DNA from: Octopus sinensis
Taxonomy: Eukaryota
Reading direction: 5' to 3'
Assembly (NCBI RefSeq): GCF_006345805.1
Contig: NC_043009.1
Location: 5,146,001 to 5,210,000 of the forward strand
DNA length: 64,000 bases
Under the pieces are notes generated by a model that worked only from the letters and a program-made list of their open reading frames with translations, ran no database searches and was not told where the DNA came from. The position numbers were made by a program, and so were the translations under genes. This document shows positions 28,468 through 41,650 of the stretch, piece by piece. Position 1 is the first letter of the stretch. The number at the start of each line of letters is the position of its first letter.

Positions 28468-28700
28468 CGGTTGAAGTGAAATGCTTATAAATGGAGTAAT
28501 GGATAATTATATGAAAGGAGAATATATGGATATATTTCGTTACTCATTTTAGGCAATTCCTTTGCCAGTCTCCAGCAATCTGCTGTCGTATTTCTCGTAG
28601 TATCACAAGGCGTGGCTGTGGGTGGATGATAAGGAATTTGTTTCTTAACCACATGTTTGCGGGCACAGTTTCACTGCGTGGTACCTTGGGAGTGGTATCA
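28468..28700 (+). repeat. Direct duplication, copy 1 (copy 2 at ~31490-31740)
   Basis: GTTGAAGTGAAATGCTT..AATGGAGTAATGGATAATT..CAGTCTCCAGCAATCTGC plus a SINE head shared by both. Confidence 0.85.
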
Positions 28701-28702
28701 TA

Positions 28703-29067
28703 GGCGCAGGAGTGGCTGTGAGGTAACTAGCTTGTTTACCAACCACATATTTACTAGTTCAATCGCACCATGGGCAAGTGACCTCTACCATAGCCTCGGG
28801 CTGACCAAAGCCTTGTGAGTAGATTTGGTCGACAGAAACTGAATGACTGTCGTATATATATATATATATATATGTATATGAGTGGGTGTGTTAACAGCCG
28901 ACGCTGGTGTGTTTACGTCCCCGTAACTTAGCGGTTCGGCAAAAGAACCGACAGAATACGTACAACCTTACAAATAATAAGTCCGGGGGTCGATTCTTTC
29001 CACTAAAGTCGCTGCTCCAGCATGACCGCAGTCAAATGACTGAAATAAATAAAAGAAAAAAAGAATA
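28703..29067 (+). mobile_element. SINE family C, full length
   Basis: GGCGCAGGAGTGGCTGTG head through CAGCATGACCGCAGTCAAATGACTGAAA tail. Confidence 0.85.
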
Positions 29068-29719
29068 ATTGAATGTATATATGTATGAAGCTCTAGATAG
29101 CTGGATTTCTACAACTGCCAGAATCATTTATTTAACCCTTTTCAGATCATAGCTTCTTTTCTTAAACTATATACGACATAATGGCGAGATTTGTTCCTGA
29201 ATGTAGATTGACGGAGATGACTCAAATATTTGATTTTAAATATGAGCTAAACAAAACCTACATCAATAAAACCGTAAAACAAATAACCTTGACATTACAG
29301 AAACGGAAGTCGTATTTTACAACATTTCATTTGTTGTACTTTGCCTAGAGAGAAAATACCATGGCTCTGAAAATGGTGCCTATACTATTGTTATTTTCGA
29401 TCAGTTCCTTCTTTTTGCAAAGCACCAGAGTTATCTGAGAATATTCCAGATGGCACGACACACAATGTCGGTTATCAGGTTTCCAAGGCAGAAACATGAC
29501 CGCAACACTGTTTTCCTATGCAAGGTACGCATTTCTGTCGTAGATTTCAATGCCAGTAATTTTTGAGGATTAGAGGTAACACTTTATTGATAGTACGGCA
29601 TCAGAATTCTATATTTATACATTAAAGAAAACGAACCGTGATAATCCCCGATTCAGTTGTATATTTTTATTGGCTGTAAACACAAGCACACACACAGACG
29701 ATATTATTATACAAACACA

Positions 29720-29875
29720 CACACGTTAGTATTATACTAACACATGTTAGTATTATACTAATACATGTTAGTATTATACTAACATGTGTTGTATTATAAT
29801 AACATATGTTCTATACACGTTAATAGTATACTAATACATGTTGTATAATGCTGGCACATGTTAGTATTATACAAA
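29720..29875. repeat. 21-bp minisatellite
   Basis: CACATGTTAGTATTATACTAA units at 29720, 29741 and 29762, then degenerating. Confidence 0.85.
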
Positions 29876-29989
29876 CACACGCACATACGTGTATGTGTGT
29901 ATAATAATTTTGGTTAACAAATTTTAACCACAATTTTTCGCCTAATTTTAACTACAAAGGAACTGAACTTTATTTTGGAAGATATATAT

Positions 29990-30375
29990 GGAAGCACTCC
30001 GTCGGTTATGAGGACGAGGGTTCCGGTTGATCCGAATCAACGGAACAGCCTGCTCGTGAAATTAACGGGTAAGTGGCTGAGCACTCCACAGAGACGTGTA
30101 CCCTTAACATAGTTCTCGAGGATATTCAGCGTGACACAGAGAGTGACAAGGCCGGCCCCTTGAAATACAGGTACAACAGAAACAGGAAGTAAGTGTGAGA
30201 GAAAGTTGTGGTGAAAGAGTACAGCAGGGATCACCACCATCCCCTGCCAGAGCCTCGTGGAGCTTTTAGGTGTTTTCGCTCAATAAACACTCACAACGCC
30301 CGGTCTGGGAATCGAAACCGCGATCCTATGACCGCGAGTCCGCTGCCCTAACCACTGGGCCATTGCGCCTCCACC
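29990..30375 (-). mobile_element. SINE family B, tail type ii, full length with 13-bp TSD
   Basis: GGAAGATATATAT at 29977-29989 and 30376-30388; tRNA-like head GGAGGCGCAATGGCCCAGTGGTTAGGGCAGCGGACTCGCGG..GTTTCGATTCCC. Confidence 0.92.
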
Positions 30376-31849
30376 GGAAGATATATATACCAGTAATACG
30401 AACAAAAAATAAGTACTTACATGTTTACATGTCTCAACGATATCATTGAAAGAAAATAAAAAGAACGCGCAAAGACGGTTACGTTAGTTTCAATGGTGTG
30501 TAAGTGACTCAGATTCTATCATTTACCCTGCAAATACGCCTCTACATTGTAAGATACAAGGCCAGCAATTTTTTTGTGGAAGGCTTCCAAGTAAGCAAGT
30601 ATATTACATCGTCTCGCATATTTGAGTGGTACCTATTTATATCAACGCTGAAGAGATGGAAACAAAAATTGACCACGGACGGGATTTGAACAGAGAATGC
30701 AAAGAGACGGAAAAAAATGCCGCTAAGCGTTGTCTTCGACATGGTAATTATCATGACAGCTGGGTGTGAATGATGTCTATTTAAGATTCAATATATTCTA
30801 CTGTGACAACATACGTCGTTTTAAACACTGCTTAAATGATATTTACATATATATACATATGACTATATCTATGTGCATGTTCGTCGATGTGTACGCGTGT
30901 GTGTTTCTGTGTGTTTGATGATTGGTTATTGGTTTTCATGTCCTCGTGATCTTTAAGTTTTAGATTATCTTCTAATGAGGCCAGTGTAAAATTTATCAAT
31001 TATGTCCTACATGATGTAAGATGGTAAATAATAAAGCACTCACATATAATTAGTGTGATTTTGTAATTAATTTGTCAATTAGTATGCAAATCATCTTATG
31101 TCTGTAACATTCACAACTTTCGACAATTTCCCATATATTTTCATTAATACTGTCAAACTTAATTATCATAATAATATAATTATATATAATTAGTGCATTC
31201 TAAAGCAATCCTTTAGAACAAATATCGTGTTGAAATATTTAAAAAGACATGTATAATCATTAGCACTAATTATTTGAGTTGAGCTGATTTAGTAAAAATC
31301 ATTCGATCTAATATATTTGGAGTTCAAAACCTATAGTAGTTAAGACTTTTATGTTCCGTACTTCAGAATGTATACAATAAAAGTAAGAAATCTGAAGCAA
31401 TTCAATTGTATACTACTACATTTCTATAATATTGCAAATAAAATCTGCAATATGCTAAGCAAACTATATTGTTTCAAGTATATACTATTACAGTTGAAGT
31501 GAAATGCTTCTGAATGGAGTAATGGATAATTTTATGAAAAGAGAATATTTCGATAAATTTCGTTTCTCAGTTCAGGCCCTTCCTTTGTCAGTCTCCAGCA
31601 ATCTGCCGTCGTATTTCTCGTCGTAGCACATTTATTTCTGAACAAGGTGTGGCTGTGGCTGTGTGATAAAGAGTTTGTTTCCCAACGACATGTTTGCGGG
31701 TTCAATTTCACTGCGTGGCACTTTCGGCTGGTGTACTCTACAATAGCCATACACTGGCCAAAACCTTGTGAGTGGGTTTAGTGGACGGAAACAGAAAGAA
31801 CCGGATCTTTTATCTCTTAATTGTCCCTCTCACTAAACCCTCTTTTAGC

Positions 31850-32520
31850 ATGTTGGGAAGTTTGGCACATGCAAGGAGTCTCTGAAAAATTATCTGCAGT
31901 GGCTTTGCAAGAGCCTTTTTTCATGCCTTTAAGAGAACAGCCTGCAGTCCATGGGGGCCCGTTATTGAGTTTGATCACATCTCATCAATGACCGATATTA
32001 CATCCACGTCTGTTATGTTAATGTAATCGATGGTTGCCTCTTTTCCGAATAGATTCGTTACATTGAAAATCTTCTGAAGCTCGTTCATTTGCACATTTTC
32101 CAATAGAGAAATGAAAACACTTCGGAATTGTTTATCTAGTGCTTCACTTATCTTCCCCGAGTCGGTAGTAAGTGAGCAGTTTTTTACTGAGGCCAACTGC
32201 TTTGCCAACATGTCGAAGGCCTTAGGATGTCTTTTTATATTTTCGACTTCCCAGGTTTCTTGAGGTGTTTATTTAAGCGATATCGAAATCTTTATTCTCC
32301 GCCGCATGAATATTCTCCTATCTCGGGGAATGATGCTTTTTGTGCATTGTCTCTCTTTTCTAGGACATATTTAATGCATCTGGTTCGCATTATTGACAGG
32401 AATTTACTGAGTTCCATATCTGCCTTGCATAGAGAGGCTTTTAGGCCAGTCCTACTGGAGTATCTGTTTTTCAATTGTCAGGCTTCCAGTCAACTTTATA
32501 GAAATTTAGGCTAGATAGGG
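31850..32520 (-). pseudogene. Decayed CR1/L2-group ORF2 fragment (endonuclease-RT linker)
   Basis: KISEALDKQFRSVF..INITDVDVISVIDEM..ITGPHGL..ALAKPLQIIFQRLL, typical of the CR1 ORF2 pre-RT region. Confidence 0.75.
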
Positions 32521-33049
32521 TTTGAGCGCCATCTGTGAGAAGTTTATATTTAGTTAATTCCGGGCCACACATTGTCAGTTCTCTTATTTAATGGTCTGAG
32601 AATATTATCGGTGATATGTTTACGTTGTGGATAATTTCCACATTGTTTGTAAAACAGACCTCCATGGCCACAACGGGCACCACTAACACCAAAAGCACCA
32701 CCCTCCGCCACATTTGCCGCCGCCGCTACCACCAGCACCAGCACCATCACCACCACCACCACCACCAGCACCACTACTTCTACTGCCACCATTACCCTTA
32801 TCCTCTTCGTCCTCAACCACCTCTCCATATCCTCATCTTCCTCTCCTTTGTCCTTCCGTTTAATCTCCCCTCTCATCCTCCTCCTCTCCTTTTTTGCTCC
32901 TCTTCCTCCTCCTCCTCCTCTTCGTGGTTATTGAAACTGTCATAAACATTACTCGACGTACGCTCACCAATACCATCATAGCATGATTGTCATCTCCCTC
33001 AGAATAATTATTGTCTGCCATCAGGTTATATTAATTGTTTATTGCCCAA

Positions 33050-33255
33050 AAGAGGCTTAAAATAGAAAGGAGAAACAAGGACAGACAAATAGATTAAGTC
33101 GATTAAATCGACCCCAGTGCGTAATTGGTACTTAATTTATCGACCCCGAAGGGATGAAGGGCAAAGTCGACCTCGGCGGAATTTGAACTCACAACGTAAC
33201 GGCAGACGAAATAACGCTAAGCATTTCGTCCGACGTGTTAACGTTTCTGCCAGTC
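33050..33255 (-). mobile_element. SINE family A
   Basis: Reverse complement of the 26296-26530 body. Confidence 0.85.
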
Positions 33256-34037
33256 GACTGTCATCAGGATATATTACCTAGAATTCAATCGCAATGAGGA
33301 TGAGAATGCTAACGCTTATGATGAACCATGATGACGACGACGATGATGATGCTTATTATATGTTGTTGTTATTCTTATTGATGATGATGATGATGATGAC
33401 TATGACAACGACGATGATGAGAAGGAGGAAAAGAAGGATGATGAAAATGAGGGTGAGGATGAAATGGAGGAATGGGAAAACTTTCGTGACCAACATCAGC
33501 ATCCAGATTGTTAAGATCTTTCTTGAACAGCCCCATTGCTATGATTAGCGACATTAACCATAACATCAAAAGAAATGATACAAGAAAATTCCATCATATC
33601 AAACGGTAGTACCATCATCAACTAACTGAACATATTTTTTCCTTTCTAGATAATGTCACCTAATTATCTGCAACTTGTCAAACAATGATTCAAAATTTTG
33701 TAGAAATCTCAATTCATTTTTCTCATTGTTGATGTGAATAATTTGAAATTATATTCAATAGCCTTCAAATTTCCAAAGTATAAACACACAAATTATTGCA
33801 TTTATTTAGATTTAATAAAGCTTCATATTTGTTTCGTTCTGCAACGATTCATATAAGCACTACAAATTATTTACTGCCATTTAACAATCATATCCGTGAT
33901 ATTTGTTTTATTACAAATCTACAACAACCGTTTTCTCACACAATACTGTTATGGTATAGTTTTAATTTTCAGAAATATTTTATATTTTGTTTAGCATTGT
34001 TCTCCAATCGAAATTGCAGGATGGAAAACTTTTTCCA

Positions 34038-34070
<33 letters not shown>

Positions 34071-35259
34071 AATTTATTTTCCGGCCTGCTGATTGATTCA
34101 ATAAAGCCTAAATTTTGTTTTCCAAATAAGTTTTCTCGAATAATATAAATAATTTACACGGGAAAATGTTTTCATCTGATATAAAGCAATCGTTTAGCAT
34201 ATGCAGTTGGAAGCAGTTATCTAAGTTAATTACTTGCTCAATTTCTCTTCTATTGCTATTTAGGAATTGTTTTGTAAGTTTTCTTTCTATATAATTTTGC
34301 AATTTTCATTTCCCTAATACCTTAATTATCATTGCATCATTAGTTTTGTCCTTTCTTACAATAGTCAGACACTTTTATATTTCTTGCACGTGTGCCATCA
34401 CTGATAACATAAATCCTTTTCTTAGTATTTATAGTTTACCGGATAGTTCCGTGAGCTGTCATATTTTATTTTAATTTTCTAATATTATATCAAACCTGTC
34501 ACCATTTATACATGGAAATACCTTATAACATGTCAGATATTAAGAGATATACTAAACTACTGTCCATATGTAGCCTGATTCTTCGATTTAAACCCTCTTG
34601 ATATTCTTATAATACAAAACTACAGATTATTATTGAAAGAACCGCATTATATGGAGTGGCTATTTTTGTTCGAAAACGTAGTATAACCTATGTTAGTTAT
34701 TACACTTAGGCATCTGTGAAAAGACTTTTCTCCATAAATTTTAATTTGTGTTTGTATATTCTTTATTATGAAAGTATGCACCGTTAATATTTAAATAAAG
34801 AAGACACTGTCTGTCATGAATTACGATGAATTTATTAGTCAATTACAGAGAGAGAGAGAGAGTAAGATAGCTTCGTTTATATAATTCCTTTACGAATAAT
34901 AATCACTATAGCAGTCCATAACGATGTGCTCGTTTACATGGATCACATACTAGGGTTATAATACAAGTTGCGTGATTCATATTAATAAATGATATCGGGT
35001 ATACAATGACGTTTCTTCTCATTGTTAAGAACAAATTCAACAATGCATATACAGGCAAAATTCTACATCGGCACAAAATATTTATACACCAAAGATATAA
35101 ATATTTATTAAATATTCTTCCATGTACGTACATGTATTGAAAGTGTTACAAGACAAACATATCAGACAGAACATTGTTACAAAAGTCATTCACGCCCACA
35201 AACAAACATGCGAAAGCAATACATTTAGATGTGTGTGTATGTGGGTTCTTTTATTCTTT

Positions 35260-35820
35260 TTCTTGTTTCAGTTACTTGAGAGTGGCTATGCTGGGGCACA
35301 GCTTTAAGGATTTTAGTCGAACAAATCGACCCCAGGATATTTTAAAAACATGGTACGTATTCTATCAGTCTTTTTTGCTGTACTACTAACTTACAGAGAC
35401 CAACACATGCCAACACCGGTTGTAAAGCGGTGGGCGGGACAAACAGACACTAAGACACATACCCCTCTACATGTATATACAAGAAAATGTATGTATGTAT
35501 ATATATATATATGTATATTCAAAATGTAACCGCGTGTGTACCGTTGGCATTTTTTTCCCTCCGTCTTTCCTTTTCCTATGTTTCTGACGAAGAGCTCCGC
35601 TCGTAACGTTAAACCCTCATTATTTCCTTCTTTCCTGAGCGTCCAATAATACTATATTTGTTTTCTCTTTGTGTTTTCATGTTTGGATTTCTTTTCAGTT
35701 TCCGTCTAACAAATCCATTCACAAGCATTTGGTCAGCCCAAGGCATCAGCAAAAGACACTTGCACAAAGTTCCACTTTGTTGAGAAGCAAGATTCTTACT
35801 ACACAACCAGGCCCACACCT
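35260..35820 (-). mobile_element. SINE family C interrupted by a PLE pLTR fragment
   Basis: 3' part ~35260-35470 and head part ~35698-35820, separated by microsatellite and the 35521-35695 insert. Confidence 0.7.
35580..35614 (+). ncRNA. Minimal hammerhead (second PLE family) with one core mutation
   Basis: GTTT-CTGACGA-A-GAGC-TCC-GCTC-GtAA-CG-TT-AAAC; stems I and II perfect, GAAA reads GTAA. Confidence 0.7.
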
Positions 35821-36139
35821 ATAAATTTATGCATACATGAACAATAAAACTAGCGCAGAAGTATGCCGAAAGTTTACAACATTCAAAACTATAAAAGATG
35901 CAAAAACATTATATATGGTATGCAATGCAAATATTTATACTCAACATGTAAACTGTATTCAGATATTTATTTAGCCGTGCTTTAAAGAATTACGCTCGCT
36001 CACACAAGCATACATACAAACACTCACATATTATTATTTGTTTTTATAATGTTTTATAACGAAACAGTGAAACGATACTTGTAGGATCACTTATGATACC
36101 TAAGTAGATTATTGAATTTATTTTTTCAAGGAAGTTGTT

Positions 36140-36189
36140 GATAGCGATGACTTCGAAGTTCCGCTGCTCGTTGCCTTCGTCAGACTGTC
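36140..36189 (-). ncRNA. Hammerhead relic (third PLE family)
   Basis: Minus strand GACAGT-CTGACGA-AGGC..GC-GGAAC-TTCGAA-GTC..CTATC; related copy at 63198-63241. Confidence 0.5.
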
Positions 36190-36519
36190 TGAAGTAGACA
36201 ACGATTATGCATATCATATATCTAACGCTCTAGCTTTTCTTTCTCTGTCTTTCTCACTCTCTCCCTCTGTCTGTCTCTCTGTATGTCTCTGTCTCTTTCT
36301 CTCTCTCTCTTTCTCTCAGTTTCTATCTACGTGTTATTTATATATACATATAAGTATATATGTATATATTTACACCAACACACAAACACACATGTGCATG
36401 TATTTAGAGCATGAGAGAGAAATAGATAGAGAGGGAGAGAAAGAAAGTGTGCACGAGTGAGAAGGAGAGAGGGGAGAGAGAGATGATAAGAATATAAGAA
36501 TAAAAGATTCTGATGTACA

Positions 36520-36553
<34 letters not shown>

Positions 36554-36574
36554 GTTCACATGTAAATATTACAT

Positions 36575-36668
<94 letters not shown>

Positions 36669-39600
36669 TTATGTGTGTGTGTGTGTGTGTGTGTGTATCA
36701 AGAAAGCAAACTTACACAGAGTACAAAGACGAATAAAAAATATTTAGAACGTATGATGTTACAATATATATTTATATATATACATGTATATATATATATA
36801 TATATTTTGTAAATTAAAAAAGTAGATTTATTTGTATATTCCCGTCATTGTCTCCATATCTTCTCACCTGAATTCCTTTTATAGCCATTCTACACCTCGC
36901 AGACTTGGTCCACAGTAAAGGTTTCGGCGTGTAAGTTCAAATCAATTTAACGCTTCTTTCAGCTTTCTATATTGAGAATCTCCGGATCTGTTGAATGTAT
37001 ATTCACATATTTTTCTTGCGCTGTTGCTATATTTATGTGTGTATGTATGTATGTATGTATGTATGTATCTATGCATGTGCATGTATATGTATTTATATGC
37101 ATGTATATGTATATATATGTATATATATATATATATGTATACATATGTATATATATATGTATATATATATATGTGTGTGTGTGTGCATGTGTGTGTGTGT
37201 GTGCGTGTGTATATATAGAGACGATAGATAAAGAATAAAAAAAACACGATATATATATATATATTTGTGTGTGTGCGTGAATGTGTGCCTTTGTTTGTCC
37301 CTCCACCACCATCCCCTGAAAACTGATGTTGGTGTGTTTACGTCCCCGCAACGTAGCGGCACGAAAAATATGACCGAAAGAAAAAGTACTAAGCTTACGA
37401 AGAGTAAGTCCTGGATTTTATTCGACTCTAGACGGTACTCCAGCATGACCGCAGCAACTTGAATGAAACAAATTAAAGAGTATATATATATATGTGGATA
37501 ATGTGTCAGCTCACTACAGCTGTTTCCTATAAATGTTTTAACTAATTAATGGGAACATTACATCATTAGAAAAACAGGTCTGATCCACCTTCATGATTCT
37601 ATTACCCTTGCTTTCAATTTACTACGTTATTCTCTTTCTACAAGCACGCCAAATCTTTACTGCAAAAACGCTAAAACCAAAAACTAACGAAGAAAACACA
37701 ACTTCATGCTACGATAAATTTTCTAGAATTTTGTAACGGATAGCTTCATTACAGTGAATTTACTCTGAATTTCTTCAATAATTCCCATTTTAGCTATTAG
37801 TTTGGAATATTAGATGGGAAGTTAGAAATTAATTATAGCGCTAAACCGATTGCACTCATATGTCACTGTAATAACGTTACCTTAACGCGGAACCCTTCAA
37901 TTAGAAAGAAAGCCCTACCAGAAGCAGATATTGTATGAGATATAAATTTACTCTCATTTAGATTGCAACTTATTCGGAGGTAATTCGAATTCAAGATACA
38001 ATATTTAACGTGGAGGAAACTGTTTATCTCGATCCCTTGCAAAATAACTGGTAATTTCTGATATTTGATATAAGAGATTATTATCCATCCATTACGGAAC
38101 ATTTCCTAATAAATTCCATAAATGTTTACAGCATTAATCAATTCCTTTATAGTTTGAAACGCATTTAAATCCATATTGCTCTTTGGTTGGGAGCTTAAGA
38201 TTCAGTGATAATCGCAGAACTTTCGTGTCTCCATTCCCTCACAAATTTAAAATTGAAATTTATACTTAGTACACTTTCAGCAGCAATGGTGCTCTTAATA
38301 AAGAATCAAACACTTCAACAAATACAGAGGTACTGAAAGCAACTAAACCAATTTAGTAAATTTCCTTGCCTAATGATCTGATATGCCACACTCTTATCTA
38401 TTGACCTTGATGAAGGATATTCTCGAGCTTACCAATGTGTGTTTGCCCCCGTTACCAGCTAAAGATGGTTGTTCAACTACTTCTGCCAAAGGTATGAAGT
38501 AATACCGAGCCCTCAGAAACAGCTGTCGGAATTGTTACACTTCTTTCCCTCTAATTCTTTGAGTCTATGTAATGTGAATAACCTTACTCTCTCTATCTCT
38601 CTTTCTGTCAGTGTATACAATATTGTTTATCATCTGAAAATTATGAGTCTGCCTTCCCTTTTTACATGCATACACGGATGTATATTTTGTTCACTGAACC
38701 CAGTCTCCGTATCTGTTTACTTGAATTCCTTTATATCCACTCTTTCCCTTCCACAGTTGACCCTTACTGAAGATATCGGAGTGTAAGCTCAAATCATTTG
38801 AGCGCTACACAATGTCTTCTCTGTTGAGATTCTTACGATCTCCTCTGTTAATTATTTCCCTGTCTCTCTGTGTCTCTGTCTCCCTCAGTGTTGATATATG
38901 TGAATGTTTGAAAATGTTAGACAAAGGCGTTCACACTCTAGAAAAATCTACTTCCTAAAAATGCTTTATAACATCCTCATAAAAGATTTCATATCAGTGT
39001 TTCTTACTTCTCATATCAGGGTCTCTTACTCTCAACATGAGCTTGTTCCATTCCACGTTTGCACACCATACTCTGATTAACGCTCAGCCCAAATTCTATA
39101 CGCAATGATGTCCTATAAACTGTAAATATTCTTATATATAGATATAATGAGAGTAATAAAACAAAGCATATATTCTTTACCTCATAATGTCTTGACTCTA
39201 GTAATTTTAGATATACCAGAACAATCACGAGTACGGTTTTACCCAGAGAATTCTATTACAGCCTGATAATCGCGCATTCTTCTTCACAATTAACCTTCCC
39301 AAACACAGAAAACTCCATTTTAAGTTACACGAAGGTCGCTGAAAGATTCCTGTCTTTAGAGTATCGAGAAAGATCTGGTTGGCGACCCAACCTTCCGAGA
39401 TATTTTACAGCGCTTACAAAATCTGAAGAACCGCTGTAGTAAGTGTGTGGATTTGAGAGAGAGGAATGCATTGGATAAAATCATAATTAACTGATCCTCG
39501 TGTATTTACTTTTACCTAAAGCCAGGAACTTTGCACCACCCTCTCGTGTATTTTCGTAATACATTTGATACTCATCATATAACAGAAAGTACAATAATTG

Positions 39601-40214
39601 CTCTGAAACATCTTACACGAATTTATTTATATTTTTGTTAATGTTTCCAGAAAAAAAATCATTTCATAAATGGAAAGTATATATAAAACTGCATCAAGAA
39701 TCTACTTGAAACAAAAAGTCTTAATATACATATGGCAATCTTTGATATTATTACCAAAGTAACCTCGTTTTTACTTCTACAAAATACTTTCAGAAATACG
39801 TATTGCAAATAACTATTTTTTTACAATGCAAAACCTTATAAACAATACAATAAAACACTTTTCTTTAATCAACCCAAATCATTTCCATTATATAATTTTC
39901 CCAACAATGCAGTAAATCTGTTTGGCATATAATCATATAAGCATAATTCAAGTTAGCAGAAAAAACCCCACTAAAAATGACGTCAGTGTAATGATGTCTC
40001 AAAATAATTAATCAATAACATTTGCTGTATTAGATATATCCAATTATTTAATTTCTTGGGCAAATGCCGAAAACATCTTACACAACAATAAGTTGTCTCC
40101 ATTAGAATCAATGACTTACAAGAAAATGAAATATTAAATGTTCTCCATTAAAGATTAATGCGTATCTTTTCTAATAATGTAATTGTTCTAAGATGCAACT
40201 AAGGCTCTTTAGTC

Positions 40215-40518
40215 GAAGCACCACTAGAATATAACTTCATTTATTATATAAAATATATTCAAATTACAACTCTTTACAGACACAAGTACGAATATTTCTT
40301 TTTATATTAATCATTCCAGAGATGAGGCAGAAGACCACACTGAAGATAATGTTCAATAATTAACTATACAACATACATTATATAATGGAGGACAAAACCG
40401 TTTTAAAGGAAAAATCAGAGACAGAAAGAGTTATATGAGTTACTGGAATTTCACGCATGGCTTGTGTTGAGAAATAGCGTCGTATATTCTAAGACATTGA
40501 TACGGTATCAAATCCACA
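40215..40518 (+). repeat. Direct duplication, copy 1 (copy 2 at 49794-50081)
   Basis: Two long identical blocks shared (TATATTAATCATTCCAGAGATGAGG..CATACATTATA and TTAAAGGAAAAATCAGAG..TTTCACGCAT). Confidence 0.95.
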
Positions 40519-40924
40519 TTTAGGCATAATCAAAAGTACATTTGCACTCAAGTACCCTCTTATACATTTATACATATTCGCCTTCTCACACACGTACACA
40601 GATGCAAGCGCGAACACACATACACTCAGACACACACACATTTCACTCAGGTACAGAAATGTGCACATTCTATGTATTACAAAACACTAATTCCAAAGTA
40701 ATGGTATAATCGTACAAGATAGATAAGTAGTTAATTAAACAAAAGGGATTATAATCACAATCATTTGTCAGAAACTCTATAACTTATTACACTCAAAGAT
40801 AAATACAGTCTGTATTTATCTTTCTGTATTATACAGAAACAATATTCACACATTTATAGTGCTTCAAACTAAGTCGATCTACCACACTAACGCATATGCC
40901 AGTTAACATATTTTCACTATTAGA

Positions 40925-41135
40925 TGGCGGTGAGCTTGCAGAATCGCTAATGCGCCGGGAAAAATTCTTAGAGGCATTTCTCCCGACCTTACGATTGGAG
41001 TTAAAATGCCACCATAGTCCACTTTGCCTTTGAACAGATTAGGGTCGGTAAGACAAGTACGAGGTGTAATAGACTTAACCTTTCCCCTGCAATCAATGTT
41101 CTCCTGCCAAAATTTGAAAAGGATGTTTTCACAAC
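40925..41135 (+). mobile_element. SINE family A, diverged
   Basis: GGCGGTGAGCTTGCAGAATCG..ACTTTGCCTTTG core. Confidence 0.75.
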
Positions 41136-41323
41136 ACTTGCATAACGACTACAAAAATTGTAAAGAGAAACAATGAGTTTAAAGAATTCGGACAAAATAT
41201 ACAAATAAAACGAAATTGAAACTATAAGGTAAACGAAGTAAGGTAAAATAAGACAAAATGTAATAAAGGAAATAACATCTAGGATCTAGCCACATTTGAA
41301 ATAAACTGATAGTAATAGTCAAA

Positions 41324-41650
41324 CACTAGATTATAAACTAAGGTTAAATTATGAGGGTAAAATATAAGGATAGATTATAAGCTAAGGGTAATATTCAAGC
41401 ACTAGATTATAAGCTAAGGTTAAATTATGAGGGTAAAATATAAGGGTAGATTATAAGCTAAGGGTAATATTCAAGCACTAGATTATAAGCTAAGATTAAA
41501 TTATGAGGGTAAATTATAAGGGTAGATTATAAGCTAAGGGTAAGAATCAAGCACTAGATTATAAGCTAAGGGTAATATTCAAGCACTAGATTATAAGCTA
41601 AGGTTAAATTATGAGGGTAAATTATAAGGGTAGATTATAATCCAAGGTTA
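41324..41650. repeat. 76-bp minisatellite built from shorter subunits
   Basis: CACTAGATTATAA starts at 41324, 41400, 41476, 41552 (32-bp short unit) and 41584. Confidence 0.95.

Noticed and set aside
41324-41650. Regular repeats as a possible CRISPR array
   Set aside because: No unique spacers, and the context is eukaryotic
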